Part shown: positions 1 to 13,404 of the stretch, in pieces
Position numbering within the stretch: position 1 is the first letter of the stretch
Layout: the number at the start of each line of letters is the position of its first letter
Source of the DNA: Octopus sinensis
Lineage: Eukaryota
Assembly: GCF_006345805.1 (NCBI RefSeq)
Contig: NC_043014.1
Location: forward strand, 21,204,001-21,268,000
Reading direction: 5' to 3'
DNA length: 64,000 nt
The notes under the pieces: generated by a model
Database searches by the model: none
What the model saw: only the letters and a program-made list of their open reading frames with translations
What the model was told of the DNA's origin: nothing
Program-made: the position numbers and the translations under genes

Positions 1-200
1 CACACCCTTTCACTCAATCTCTCTTTCTTTCTCTTTCTTTCTCTTTCTCTCTCTCTCTTTCTCTTCTCTCTCTTCTCTCTCTCTCTTTCTCTCACCCTCT
101 CTCTCTCTCTCTCCCTCTCTCTCCCCCTCTCTCTCTCTCTTTCACACACATCCATTTCATATACACGTACATACATATTTCACTTTCTCTTCTCTCTTTC
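1..200. repeat. Degenerate (CT)n polypyrimidine microsatellite
   Basis: Directly visible CT/TC repeats. Confidence 0.95.
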
Positions 201-802
201 TTTAAAACAAAAGTAAAGAAAAAAATTCTTACGGAAATTAACGAACTCCTGATGACAAGCGAAAGATCGCCATTTACTTGAAAATAATTTTTTAAAAAAA
301 CATTGAAATATTGTCCGTTTAAAGAAAGCTAAATTATAAATACTTACTGTACAAACAACTTACATTTTTGAAATCACATTCAGTAAAAAATATTTCTAAA
401 TGATTAAAATATTGTGTATGTCAAAAAGTCAAAGTTTTTTTTCTTAGAGACCGCGAAAATTATGTGTGTATATATGTCACAGATAGCAGACGTGTGTTTG
501 CGTTGATTGACCTACCATGACATTCATTATATGTGTGTGTGTCCTGTATGTGTGTACGTGTGTTGACATCACGGAAGCCATGTTTTTTTTATCGTCAAGA
601 AATAACAAACAAAAATTGTGTTTAATCGTTTTCATTAATAAACAGAGATTCAAATACCGGAAAAGTTGTACTGCACAGCTGAAGGTAAGTATGAAAATAA
701 ACAAGCAAAAAAATAATAATTGGATACGCTATACTATTTCTGAGATATTTCGGGTACACAGAAATATCTTTAGAGTTTTAGTATTATTATTATTATTATA
801 AT

Positions 803-803
<1 letters not shown>

Positions 804-833
<30 letters not shown>

Positions 834-903
834 AAGAAGAAGAAGAAGAAGAAGAAGAAGAAGAAGAAGAAGAAGAAGAAGAAGAAGAAGAAGAAGAAGA
901 AGA
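804..903. repeat. (AAG)n microsatellite
   Basis: Perfect AAG run; explains the poly-Leu ORF at 729-944. Confidence 0.98.
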
Positions 904-1487
904 AATATATTCACAGACATGATAGAGTTGGGATCTATATACACTGGAAGCTATGCCAACACTATGGAATAACAACAGAAAAAAGACGGTATCGGCATGC
1001 GCCAGAAGAGGTCACAGAAAATGAGAAAACAACCATACTCTGAGATATGCCAATACACACAGATAGAGAATTAAGGCCAGTAGGCCGATATATTTGTCAG
1101 AGATCACCAAGAAAAAAATGCTTTCTAATCGATCTATCAATACCAACAGATGACAATGCTTCTCTAAAAGTAACGGGGAAACTTTCAGAATACGAAGATC
1201 TGGAAACAGAAGTAACCCGAATGTGGAGCTTAAAAGCAGAAACAATTCTTGTTATAGTTGGTGCATTAGGTATGATAAAAAAACATTCACACAAATACAT
1301 AACAAAAACACCAGGACTTATATATATACCATACAGGAAATAGCACTACATGGCACCGCACACATCTTACGTAAAATACTTTTAATACACTGAAAATAAG
1401 AACATCACAATAAACCACAGCACATACCCAAAGTATGCAGAGCTGCGCTCGGTAGTGCAGTGAAAGCACGTAATAAAAATAAAACTA

Positions 1488-1557
<70 letters not shown>
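904..1557 (+). mobile_element. 5'-truncated R4/Dong-clade non-LTR retrotransposon (REL endonuclease end, 3' UTR, (AAT)n tail)
   Basis: ORF 1047-1343 reads MPIHTDRELRP...FLIDLSIP...KLSEYEDL...VIVGALG; closely similar to 4880-5470; ends in (AAT)n at about 1491-1557. Confidence 0.9.
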
Positions 1558-1560
<3 letters not shown>

Positions 1561-4500
1561 TCCGAAATCTATCCACAAACATCGAAAACAAGGACATCCT
1601 ATGGAGCCAAAGTTTTACTAACAAAGAATTGGACTGTATCCGAGTAAGTAATACTAATAGAAATTTATTACTATTTTCGAAACGAAATGATGTATTTTGA
1701 CTCGATATCATCTCCGCCTCTAACGCAACACATGTAAACATGCGCGGAACATCACGATCATTTCCGACCCCAAACACCATGTACAAAGGAACTACGAAGA
1801 AATTAAATGCCACCGATACTATTCAACCCAAGAATAACAATCGAGCGGTACGTACATTAAACTTACAACAAAAAAATGTACGAAAAACTACACGTGCGAA
1901 ATAATGTGACAACAGAAATAAACGGACCGGTACCCTACGAAAATGACGACCGTCAAAATAATGGGCCGGACGTTGTACCTCATGTCCCGCAAATAAAACC
2001 CAAAAGACGTAAATGGACACGTGAGGAATACATTTCTATCTTACACGCATACTTCACAGCAGTACTGTACCCAAAAAATGAAAATACAACAACACATACA
2101 TATAAAATATGGAAGGAAAATAATAGAGATATAGACTTGGATACAGCAATGAACCCTAATAAAATAGCCAACGTACGAAGATACATTCTCAACACAAAAA
2201 AAATATCAGAAATGGAAATAGAACACCTAAAAGAAAACATACACCAGGAAAATGTAGATAGAAGCCACACAACAATGCCCAATAATATAAACACTGAAAC
2301 TGTAAAACACGAAGACAAACGCAACATTCCCAACAAACACGATGTAAACAACGAAGGGGAGCCTAATGATTATGATATATAAAAAATAAAATAATCAAAG
2401 AACTGAAAACCACAGGGCTCAAAATGGACCACCGACCATACCTCCCAAGACAAAATAAACAAAATAACAACACCTATTATAAACAGCATAAACCTAGCCG
2501 TCACTGAACTGATAGCCACTGAATAATAAAAAAAGTGATATCACTGAGCTAAATAACCTAATATACGCAGCAGCCACTGCAGCCACAAAAGAAGCTGGAT
2601 ACTCACCCAAACCCGCCCAAACAGGAGTACCACCACCCAAACAAACCCTGTGGATAAATAACATCCAAAGCAAAATTTAAAAAATTAGAAAAGACCTGTC
2701 GATTCTTAATGAAATCAGCAAACAATCAACGCTACTGAGCAACAAAAAGAGAACAAAAATACTCCGCAAATATAACATCACAGAGAAAGATTTGCCTGAA
2801 ATAAAAGAAAGCTGAAGCAAGATATCCTTGCCAAAGCACAAAGGATCCGCCGGTACAAGAAACGCCAACGCTTCTTTGAAGAAAACAAAAAGTTCAACTC
2901 TACCCCAAAGTTCTACCAAGAACTGGGCAAAAATAAAATAGAAGTCACTGCAGCACCAACGGCAGAAGAATTGGAAGAATTCTGGGGAGAAATATGGTCG
3001 GCGAACGAACCACCAAAAAAAGGAGTATCAGAATAACAAACTCGGCATCTGAACAACTTTGGACCCCCATAACAACTGAAGAAGTCACCCAGGCACTGCA
3101 AAGACTAAGCAACTGGAAGGCACCTGGGCATGACAAGATCCCCAACTTCTGGTTGAAATATCTAACAGGAATGCACAAAAAGCTGGCTGAAAACTTTAAC
3201 AAAGTACTAGCAGAGCCAGAGACAATGCCTGAATGGCTCACGAAGGGGAAAACCATCTTAATTCCCAAATCAAATGAAACAGAAAAACCAGAAAACTACA
3301 GACCAATAACCTGCCTCCCTACTATGTTCAAGGCATTTACTGCAGTGATATCACAAGGCTGAACAAGCACCTGGACGAAAACAAACTGTTCCCAGAAGAG
3401 CAGAAAGGATGCCGCAAAGGCTCATATGGCTGTAAAGATCAACTAATGATTAATAAAGCCATAACTGAAGACAGCCACAGAAAGAAGAAAGGCCTCAGTA
3501 TGGCCTGGATTGACTACAAAAAGGCGTTTGATAGCATCCCCCACACATGGATCCTCGAAACACTAGCCATTAACAAAGTAGCACCAACAATCATAAAATT
3601 CATAGAGCACTCTATGAATAAATGGCAAACGGTCCTACACCTCCAAACAAAAGAGGGACTCATGAAAACCAAAGACATCACCATTAGAAGAGGAATATTC
3701 CAGGGAGACACGCTCTCTCTACTCCTTTTTTGCTTGGCACTGTCACCTCTATCTAATATGCTAAATAGAACTGGATGCGGATATAAATGTTACGGCAAAA
3801 CGATCAGCCACCATTTATATATGGATGACCTAAAACTATACGCTGCAAATGACAAACAGCTGGAAACACTATTAAAGACAGTTCATGGATTTACCAAAGA
3901 AATAGATATGAAATTTAGATTAGAAAAATGTGCCAAAGTAACCCTGAAAAGAGGAAAACTAGTTAAGAGTAACACAACATCACACACTAGATAAAACCAA
4001 TGAAATAAAAGAATTAGACCAAGCCAAACTTACAAATACTTAGGAATCCACGAACTAGATAAGACACAACACACAACAAATGAAAGAGAAAATAAAAAAC
4101 GAATATTATAGACGAGTTAGATCAATACTAAACACAGAGCTCAATGCCAAAAACAAGATAATAGGTATCAACACTTTAGCTGTCCCAGTTATAAGTTACA
4201 GCTACAATATCCTTAACTGGACACGAAATGAACTGACCAAAATAGATAGGAAAACAAGAAAAATAATGACAGGATCTAGGATGCATCACCCAAAATCTGA
4301 CATAGAAAGACTATATATACAACGTATAGAAGGTGGTAGAGGCCTTATACAGCTGGAAAACTACTATAAAATAACCACCATAGGACTGCAAAAATATCTA
4401 CTTCAGAAGGAAGGAAAACTGATCCAGATAGCGGCAAAACACGAGCAAAACAAAAAACTGTTCTCAGTATTTAAGGAAGCTGACAAATACAAACAAGAAA

Positions 4501-5476
4501 TCATACCACCTTAATAAACATGAAGAAGAAGAAGATGAAGAAACAACAAAAGCTATAAACAAATGAAATCCAAACTAAAAATAGAACAGCAACGAACCAT
4601 GATAAAACGATGGCAAGAAAAGCCCCTTCATGGTAAATACTGGACTAAACTAAACGCAAAAGAAATAGACAAAGAAAAATCTCAGCAATGGTTGAGAAGC
4701 TCAGGACTCAAGGCAGAAACAGAGGATTTTTAATGGCAGCACAAGACCAAAGCCTCCCCACCAGAAATTACCAACAACATGTAATGAAAAGAAATATTAC
4801 AAGTAACTGCAGATATGTGGAGATGGACAAGAAAAATAAATCATATTATCTCTAGCTGCCCAGTCTTGGCTAAGAAGGAATATATTCACAGACATGACAG
4901 AGTTGGAACCTACATACATTGGAAGCTATGCCAACATTATGGAATAACAACAGAAAAAAGATGGTACAGGCACACACCAGAAAAGGTCACAGAAAACGAG
5001 AAAGCAACCATACTCTGGGATATGCCGATACACACAAATAGAGAAATTAAGGCCAACAGACCAGATATTTTGTCAGAGATCATGAAGAAAAAAAATGCTT
5101 TCTAATTGATGTATCAATACCGGCTGATGACAACGTGTCTCTAAAAGAAATGGAGAAACTCTCAAATACAAAGACCTGGAAATAGAGGTAACTAGAATGT
5201 GGAATCTGAAAACAGAAACAATTCCTATCATAGTAGGTGCATTAGGCATGATAAAAAAATATTGACAAATACATAACAAAAACACCAGGACTTACAAACA
5301 CATATAACATACAGAAAATTGCACTACTAGGCACTGCACACATCCTACGCAGAACACTTTCCATACAATAACCATCAGAGCATCACAACAACATCACAGC
5401 ACATACCCAAGGCACACAGAGCTGTGCTCGGTAGTGAAGTGAAAGCACGCTATAAAAATAAAACTACTGAATAATA

Positions 5477-5517
<41 letters not shown>

Positions 5518-5554
5518 TAATAATACTAATAATAATAATGATAATGAAATAATA

Positions 5555-5588
<34 letters not shown>
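1558..5588 (+). mobile_element. Near-full-length R4/Dong-clade non-LTR retrotransposon, frameshifted
   Basis: N-terminal KRRKWT..Y domain (1876-2382); RT motifs WKAPGHD, NYRPITCL, WIDYKKAFDS, GIFQGD, YMDDLKLY; thumb IDRKTRK..HHPKSD; zinc-knuckle remnant HIISSC and RHD; REL motifs NRPDI, IDVSIP, KYKDL; (AAT)n tail about 5470-5588. Confidence 0.92.
2994..4514 (+). pseudogene. Disrupted reverse transcriptase region of the R4/Dong element
   Basis: Collinear ORF pieces 2994-3362, 3446-3994 and 4080-4514 carry RT motifs, separated by stops or frameshifts. Confidence 0.9.
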
Positions 5589-5592
<4 letters not shown>

Positions 5593-5879
5593 TCAATTAT
5601 TGTCCCGCACAAACAAATATGTTTCCATACATCCACACACAAAAAATGGGTAACAAAAATAAGGCTCTGACAGAGGAAGTGGTGTATATAATTACAGCTA
5701 TATAAAAAAAAAACATAGAAATAAAAACCTTATATGATGAAAAAATATAAACTGATAAAATGACTATGAATATTAAAACATCATATTACATAAAAATAAA
5801 AAAAACAGGAACAAATTGTGTAGTCCAGCAGAACAGGGGTGACAAACCACTTAAATTGGGTGAGATCATCACGTGGCTC

Positions 5880-6280
5880 TTATTCTAAGCATCTTCGATT
5901 TTTATTCTCTTCAATTATTTGCATATGATTTGCTTGATCTTTCTTCGTGACGTTGAGCATATACATTCGGGTATGATTAAAACATCGTCGTGTGGAGGGA
6001 GGAAGGAGATCCTTTTACATTTTGGACACCTTTAGTTTAGATTCACCATTCGTGTTCTCGCTCTTGTTTTTACTAATAGTCCCTCCTTGCCATTCTCTCA
6101 TTTGCTTTCCATGGAAATGATGGATTGATGCTAATAAAAGGCGGTTGTCTTTCTTTTAGTTTGTAACCTCTGGCACTGAGAAGGGCAAAAGTTTTTGTCT
6201 ATTCTCTCAGATGGGTTGGCTTTACAAGAGAGTAATTTCCGTGTCTTCCTGTCGATGTTGTTGGCTTGGCTGCTGTCCAC
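5880..6280 (-). mobile_element. Highly degraded R4/NeSL-like non-LTR remnant
   Basis: Manual minus-strand translation gives IDRKTRKLL and HDDVL-like motifs in different frames. Confidence 0.35.
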
Positions 6281-6320
<40 letters not shown>

Positions 6321-6800
6321 CTCTCTTTCTTCTCTTCTTTCTCTTTCTCCTCTCTCCCTCTCTCCTCCCTTTCCTCTTCCTCTCTCTCCTCTTCCTCCTC
6401 TCTCTCTTCTTCTCTCTCTCCTCTTTCGCTCCCCCTCCTCCTCTCTCACTCCCCTTCCTCTCTCACCTCCTTCTCTCTCCCTCTTCCCTCTCTTCTCCTC
6501 CTCCTCCTCCTCTCTCCTTCTTCTCTCTTTTCCTCCTCATCTCTCACTTCCTCCTCTCTCTCTCTCTTCTCTCTCTCCTCTCTTGCTCCTCTCCCTCTCT
6601 CACCTCCTTCTCTCTCCTTCTTCACTCTCTCTTCTCCTCCTCCCCCTCCCCTTCTTCTCTTTCTTTCTCCTCATCTCTCTTCTTCCGCCTCTCTCCTTCC
6701 CATTCTCCCCTCCTCTTCTCTACCCCTCTCTCCCTCTTTTTCTCCCTCTCTATCTTTCTCTCTCTTACCTTCCTTCTCCCTCCTTCTCTCTCTCTTTTTA
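6281..6800. repeat. About 520-bp CT-rich polypyrimidine tract
   Basis: Almost pure C/T; source of several spurious Ser/Leu and Arg/Glu ORFs. Confidence 0.95.
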
Positions 6801-6829
6801 CTGTGCCTCTCCAGTACAAGACACCACAA

Positions 6830-7095
6830 ATAAACGTAGAACACAACGAGAGACGAGAACATAAAATCAAACAAGGAAACGGACTTTTTTTAAACAACGA
6901 AAAAAACAGAGTACAGGACAAACAATACAAGGAAAATTCCCCTTCATCAGCTGTCCCTGGTTCGACTCAAAGTGTGTTTCGAAGGTAAGGGCAGAACACA
7001 GTCGAAGCAGTCCTTCCTGCAAAAGGAATTAAATAAAAATTCTTTTGCAGAGGGGTAAAACAAGTGACAAAAACAGGACGTAAAAGCAATATACT
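6830..7095. mobile_element. Unclassified TA-flanked dispersed repeat (family A), fragment
   Basis: Shares the cccttcatcag motif and an A-rich lead-in with 18020-18650, 19310-19490 and 30755-31160. Confidence 0.45.
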
Positions 7096-7147
7096 CTTAC
7101 TCTTCTACTTGTTTATATACATATATATATATACATACATATATACA

Positions 7148-7310
7148 ACGGGCTTCTTTCAGTTTCCGTCTACTAAATCCACTCACAAGGCTTTGGTCGG
7201 CCCGAGGCTATAGTAGAAGACACTTGCCCAAGGTGCCACGCAGTGGGACTGAACCCAGAACAATGTGGTTGGTAAGCAAGCTACCTACCACACAGCCACT
7301 CCTACGCCTA
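7148..7310 (-). mobile_element. tRNA-derived SINE, 5' half (CORE-like ccttgggcaagtg motif)
   Basis: Near-identical to 19806-19965, 58125-58270 and 49110-49235; tRNA-like A/B boxes on the minus strand. Confidence 0.85.
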
Positions 7311-7436
7311 TATATATATATATATATATTCAATAATGAGGGTGAATAAAATTATAGATATTAATTTAATAATACCCTTATTTTAACACCAAGCGACCTA
7401 GCACAAAAGAACCTGGGATACAAATTCATATTTATC

Positions 7437-7987
7437 CGTAAATATTAGAGAGCCAACTATGAGTATGTTGACTCTATGTGCTAGACATAGACCCACCGGT
7501 CAAAGTCGCCGATTATAATTCCACATAGAAATAGCACCACAGTCAACGCTATGAAATTAAATTACAACTAAATAATGGATTAATGTTGTACATATGTTTC
7601 CTCATCAACAAAATGCAGATTCTACTTACATAACTGTCTATGATTCGTCAGCAACATTTGTCGATATAATTGATTCGGCGGGAATTTTGTAAATACAACC
7701 AGAATGTAATTGGTCAGACCATGGGAGAATCGTCGCTTGTAATGGTCTGATCAATTATATCGACAAATGTTGCTGACGAATCATAGACAATTATGTAAGT
7801 AGAATCTGCATTTTGTTGATGAGGAAACATATGTACAACATTAACCCATTATTTAGTTGTAATTTAATTTCATAGCGTTGACTGTGGTGCTATTTCTATG
7901 TGGAATTATAATCGGCGACTTTGACCGGTGGGTCTATGTCTAGCACATAGAGTCAACATACTCATAGTTGGCTCTCTAATATTTACG
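7437..7987. repeat. Near-perfect inverted repeat: 238-bp arms (7437-7674 / 7750-7987), 75-bp loop
   Basis: Arms compared by hand; 2 transition mismatches seen. Confidence 0.97.
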
Positions 7988-8050
7988 TATATATATATAC
8001 TCTTTTTTTTTTACTTTTACTCTTTTACTTGTTTCAGCCATCCGGCTGAG

Positions 8051-8126
<76 letters not shown>

Positions 8127-8444
8127 TATGTATGTATGTATGTATGTATGTATGTATGAATGTATGTATGTATACGTTTATGAATTTGTGTTGCAAGATT
8201 CCTAATGTGATGCCGTGTGTTGAAGCAGATATTGTTGTATTTCGGGATGGTCATTTTTTCTTTTAGTTTTTGCCAAATAAACACACGCACTATATATTCG
8301 TTCTTCACTCGTTTATGACCGTTCCTATTCTAACTCATGTCCATTGTCCGGAAATCTTTCGTCACACATCTATGACCTCTTCAGAGACTTTTTCCGCACT
8401 CGTGTGTACTCTTGCTCAGCTTAGTCCATTCTACATGTCAGGTC

Positions 8445-9019
8445 GCTCTTGGGCGCTACTGGTTACATGTAACCCACTATAACCTGTTGCATGGTCGGGT
8501 CGTCGGCGACTAAACTGGCAACTCCATCGAGTTTGCTTGCTGAGGAGAGTGATTGTTGGACACTCTACAGGACGAAAAATAAAACCAGTCAAAGGGCCAA
8601 AGCGCTCATGAACAGTCAACGGCCATTCAACAAAATGTGTACGTGTGTATGTATGCATGTATGTATGCATGGGGACGTGGAAATACCTGGGTTGGTATCT
8701 AGGCGCGCGGTTGGCCTACTGGTAGTGGAACGCCTTTCTGTTGTTGTCACAACTCGCTAGGAGAGGGAAACTCAAAGAGAAAACATGCGACATTGCGAGT
8801 TTATGTTGTTCATGTTCAGAGAGTGGGATTGGATTTGTGCAAATCCTTTCCCCACTATAAAAAAAATAATCATGCACAAGCATCGCTTGTTAAAAAACTA
8901 AGGCCTATCACAAAAATGGCTAGCCGTAGCCTTCCCATATGTGGGACTTTCGATCAGGCAATGGCAATAGTCAGACACGAGTATGTATGTAAATATATAT
9001 ATATATATATGTGTGTGTG

Positions 9020-9095
<76 letters not shown>

Positions 9096-9460
9096 ATACA
9101 TACATGCATATATATATATATATATATATATGTGTACGTGCGTGTGTGTGTGTATGTATTGTCAGGTCAGTTTCGAGTGCTACTGGTATCATGTAACCTA
9201 GTACAACCTTTTGCATGGTCGGGTCCTCGGTGACTAAACCGGCAAAGGGCGGAGGAACTCTTGAGAGTCAACGGCCATACAATAAATGTCTTAAGGATGT
9301 ATCAAGCGCGGGGACATAGAAATAATCGGACTGAATACGCGATAGCGCGGTTAAACCATTGGGAGTGAAGGACTCCTAGGCTTTGTTACGGCATCCTTCT
9401 AGGAGAAGGTAACTCAGGTAACTGGGATAACTCCGACATAAAACCTGCGGCTCAGTGGTT
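8445..9460 (+). repeat. Two diverged copies of a ~330-bp element (about 8445-8790 and 9160-9460)
   Basis: Shared collinear blocks gctactggt..catgtaacc, ttgcatggtcgggtc..cgg.gactaaac.ggcaa, agtcaacggccat, ctaggaga.gg.aactca. Confidence 0.7.
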
Positions 9461-9699
9461 ACCGATGATGTTGACTTGTTCTTCTTTTCGGATTATGGCT
9501 GCTGTTTCTTAGTGAGTGGGATTTACTCAGTGCACAGCCTTTACTCATTAAAAAAAATGTTCTTGCATAGGCATTGCACGATAACAACATAAATTAAGCT
9601 TCGTGCAATGGCCATACTCGATAACGAGGGGGCAGCCACCATGTATGTATGTATGTATGTATGTATGTATGTATGTATGTATGTATGTATGTATGTATA

Positions 9700-10290
9700 T
9701 ATGCCGTCCCCGAAAAGTGTATACACACATTGAATGATTATAAAGTCAGTGATTAATAAAATATATTCGATTTTCAAAATTCAATTGAATCTACAGACAG
9801 AATTTTGCATTTTTTTTCCTTTTTTTTTGTGAATGCTTGTTTTTAAGTTAATGACCGTTCTGGCCCATGCATTGCTGATAATGCGAAGCAATGGGGTGGC
9901 ACTCAAGAAACGTTTCATATAGAATTTGTGCGCATTCTTCTACCATGACTGTTCTCAATCCGTCGAGTGTTGCCGGTTTTGGACCGTAAGTGTTTTCTTT
10001 TAAGTATCCACATAGAAACAGTTTAATGGTGTGAAGTCCAGGGAATGTGCAAAGTATTCTACTAAACCTCTTCCTCCAAACCAACCATTTGACAAAATCT
10101 CATAAAGGTAGGCCCTTATATTACTATGGTGATGTCCGAGTGCCCTTATCTTGCTAGAAATAAAGCTCCGCATCTTTAAAGCCCTCGCGAATGCTTGGTA
10201 TGGCAGATTGTCATAACAAGTTCAAATAAATGGGACCAGTCACAACACTCTCAAGACATAAATGATTCAATTAATCCTTCTTGTGAAAAG
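9700..10290 (-). mobile_element. Tc1/mariner transposase C-terminal remnant
   Basis: ORF 9848-10084 FLCGYLKENTY..KPATLDGLR...QQCMGQNGH matches the FFLWGYLK..VY..KP.T...C...NG.H pattern. Confidence 0.7.
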
Positions 10291-11039
10291 CCGCACCATA
10301 CTGTAATTCCTGGTAAATAAATGATGTTTTTTATTTAAGTATATATGAATATACATAAATCTATAATCTATATATTTTGTAACACCTTATATATATGTGT
10401 GGGTGTGTGGAGGTGTAGCAGATTTTATAGTTAAAAACATTGAGATTTCTTGAATGAGTATTCAATTGTCTGATCTACTCATTGAATTTGCTGCAGTTAA
10501 CTAAATGTTCAGCAGACTACATGCACTCGTACTGTAATTCTCAGGTGGAATCACCATGAAATAGTGTATCAGGGCTGCCTCATTAAATTAATTGATACAC
10601 CCCACCTGGTGGGCTCTCACAGTTTGTATCAAATTAATTTGAAAAACAGGACAACAGGACCTGAGTCAACAGGAGGCTCTTATACTCAAGATAACACTCA
10701 GTGGAATAAGACCTCGGAACTTCCTAACAATTCGGCTAATTTTGTGTTTGTGTGTATGTGTGTGTACATGTGTGTGTGTGTGTGCGTGTGTATGTGTGTA
10801 TGAGTGTGTGTGTGCATACACAACCGAATGTAGATTATATATATGTTTTGTTTAATAATGTACATATATTTTGTTTAATAATGTACATAACATACATATG
10901 TATGCATGTTTATACATATATTACATATGTATGAATCTTCTATTTTTTAATTATTACAAATCTTCCACTGAGGAGGGAGCCGGTTTCTAACAAAGAGACG
11001 CGGCTTCATCTTTGGGATGTAGTTAACATAGACAAATTG

Positions 11040-12420
11040 TCATTTAAAACTTGAGAAACGTCTTGCATATTCTTACTGTTCAACTCACAGATTGCACTTG
11101 TAATGTACGAACTAGCCTGTCGATTTCTCTTTCTGAAAACCCCAGTTTATCAAGATTCTCCTTAAAGGATTTACTAACAAAACCTAGTGCACCAATTATT
11201 ATTGGTCTGAATATGAATTCATCGTCTGGATATACAAGCTGGAGGTTTCGAAGCAGTTGTCCAATGATATCCGCTTTTTCTTTGATTTTCAAAGAGATAT
11301 TTATATCTGCAGGGTCGCTACCCTCTATGACGGTACATACTTTTACCTCTGTGTCCCAAACGACAATATTTGGCATGTTATGTTTACATTTGACAGAAGT
11401 TTTGATGGGAATATTCCACCAGTATTCCTTGAGTTGGTGTTTATGAATGTATTCCATAACAGAGGGCTTTTCTAAGTTTAATTCGGGACAGTCTTTTTTA
11501 CGGATGTCATTGTAAATTGTTTTAGCGACAACATTGCTGCAAAGGAAGGTAGTACCGTGACGACATTTTAGGACAGCTGCTAATCACATGCGTGATGTCT
11601 TCAACAGAACCATGACATAGACTAAACATGCAGCTGCACCTTAGGATTACAAGAACGTCACTGTCTCTCTTGTTCATCAGGCACTCTGTGGAAATCTCCT
11701 GTTCCTGGATTGCAAACGCATAACATTCAAAGTGCGATGTGATGTAGTGGTCTTGTGTCCAAGAGAGGCTGCGTTTCGTGTCAATTCTACTGTCTTCTTC
11801 AACCTTCCGGGTAACATATCCATGCATAGTTTTTTTCTGTATACTGAATGCTTTCCATCCAGGTCTTCTCTGAGGTAAAAGAGCCCAGCTGTTTTGGGGC
11901 TGTATAGGAGATCATCAGGGAGAGAGTGCTTCTTGAGGAGCTTGCTGCCAACTCGTACAATGTTGCTCACTTCACTTTTCAGCACTGCATTTATATATTT
12001 ATTTATGCTGTTGTTGTTAAGTAAGTGCTGCCTGAATGATACCATACGGTATGTGAAGGTCATCTGCACTGATCTCAGGCCTCTACCACCTTCATTTCCT
12101 CTTAGGTAGAGCCTGTCATCATCACTGTTTCTGTGGAAGTTCACAGTTGTTGTCAGGATTTTGCGGCTTTTGATATCTGTGGAGTGGATTTCTTCTACAG
12201 ACCAATCAAGACTCCTGAACGTCGGGATCAGCACTGGTACTGCAAACACATTGTAGGATATTGTTTTGTTGTAAGAGGAGAGTTCCGACTGCCATATTTT
12301 CTTAAGTCATATGTAATATTCTCGGGTCATTCTATCTTTATTCACAGTACCTTCATATGATACATTTTCGTCTATGCCTAGGTACCTGTAACATTCTTTG
12401 TGTGGAATGGGTGGTGGTGG
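11040..12420 (-). mobile_element. Older R4/Dong-like non-LTR fragment (thumb, zinc knuckle, REL)
   Basis: DIKSRKIL..FHRNSDDDRLYL..GGRGL; CSLC..EDITHVISSCP; PNIVVWD..IEGSDP..RPIIIGALG. Confidence 0.8.
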
Positions 12421-12654
12421 ATAGAAAGACCGTTGATACACAGGCTTGGGGTTTGGGGGACTGACTTTCCTCGTTCTATATGCAAATATGAAGATTTCTT
12501 TTGGCCGAATTCCATACCTATATCAGCTGAAAATGTATGTATGTAGTATGTTGAAAATGTATATATGTATGTACATATATGTGTGTGTCTATGTTTCTAT
12601 GTATGTGCATATGTGTGTGTGTGTGTGCGTGTATACAAACACAGGTATGTATAA

Positions 12655-12782
<128 letters not shown>

Positions 12783-13148
12783 AAACATTATATGTATATT
12801 ACATAATATGTATAATATATACCAAAGTGGTGAGCTGTCTGGGTGGTGAGAGCGACGGAAAACATTGTTCGGTATTCGTTCCGTGTTCAAATCTTACTGA
12901 CGTCAGCCCAGCATTTGTATCCTTTCGGGTTCCATGAAAATAAAATACAAGTGAATTACTAGTATTAGTGATATAGACTAACCGCTTCCCACAAAACTGA
13001 TGACATTGTGCCTAAATTAGACGCAATTAATAAAATGACGGATAATACACTGAGTCGTTGTCCGGCTCTTTAAGTTCAAATGCCACCAAGCACAACTTTG
13101 CCTTGTGTCTAAATCAGAAACAAAATAGTTAGAAACTACATATGTGAG

Positions 13149-13217
<69 letters not shown>

Positions 13218-13367
13218 ATATATGTGTGTGTGTGTGGTGTGTGTGTGTGTGTATATATGTATGTATGTATATCGGACTTTTAAAATAAAATGGTCTGGGG
13301 TCGATTTGTTCGACTAAGTATGGCCGCAGTCCAGCGATTGAAACAAGTAAACGATAGACACGCACAC

Positions 13368-13404
<37 letters not shown>

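Noticed and set aside
249-270. CTGATGA-CAAGC-GAAA hammerhead-like string
   Set aside because: Stem II cannot pair, and no stem I or III forms.
676-692. Strong plus-strand donor-like site GAAG|GTAAGT
   Set aside because: No matching acceptor or coding exon identified.
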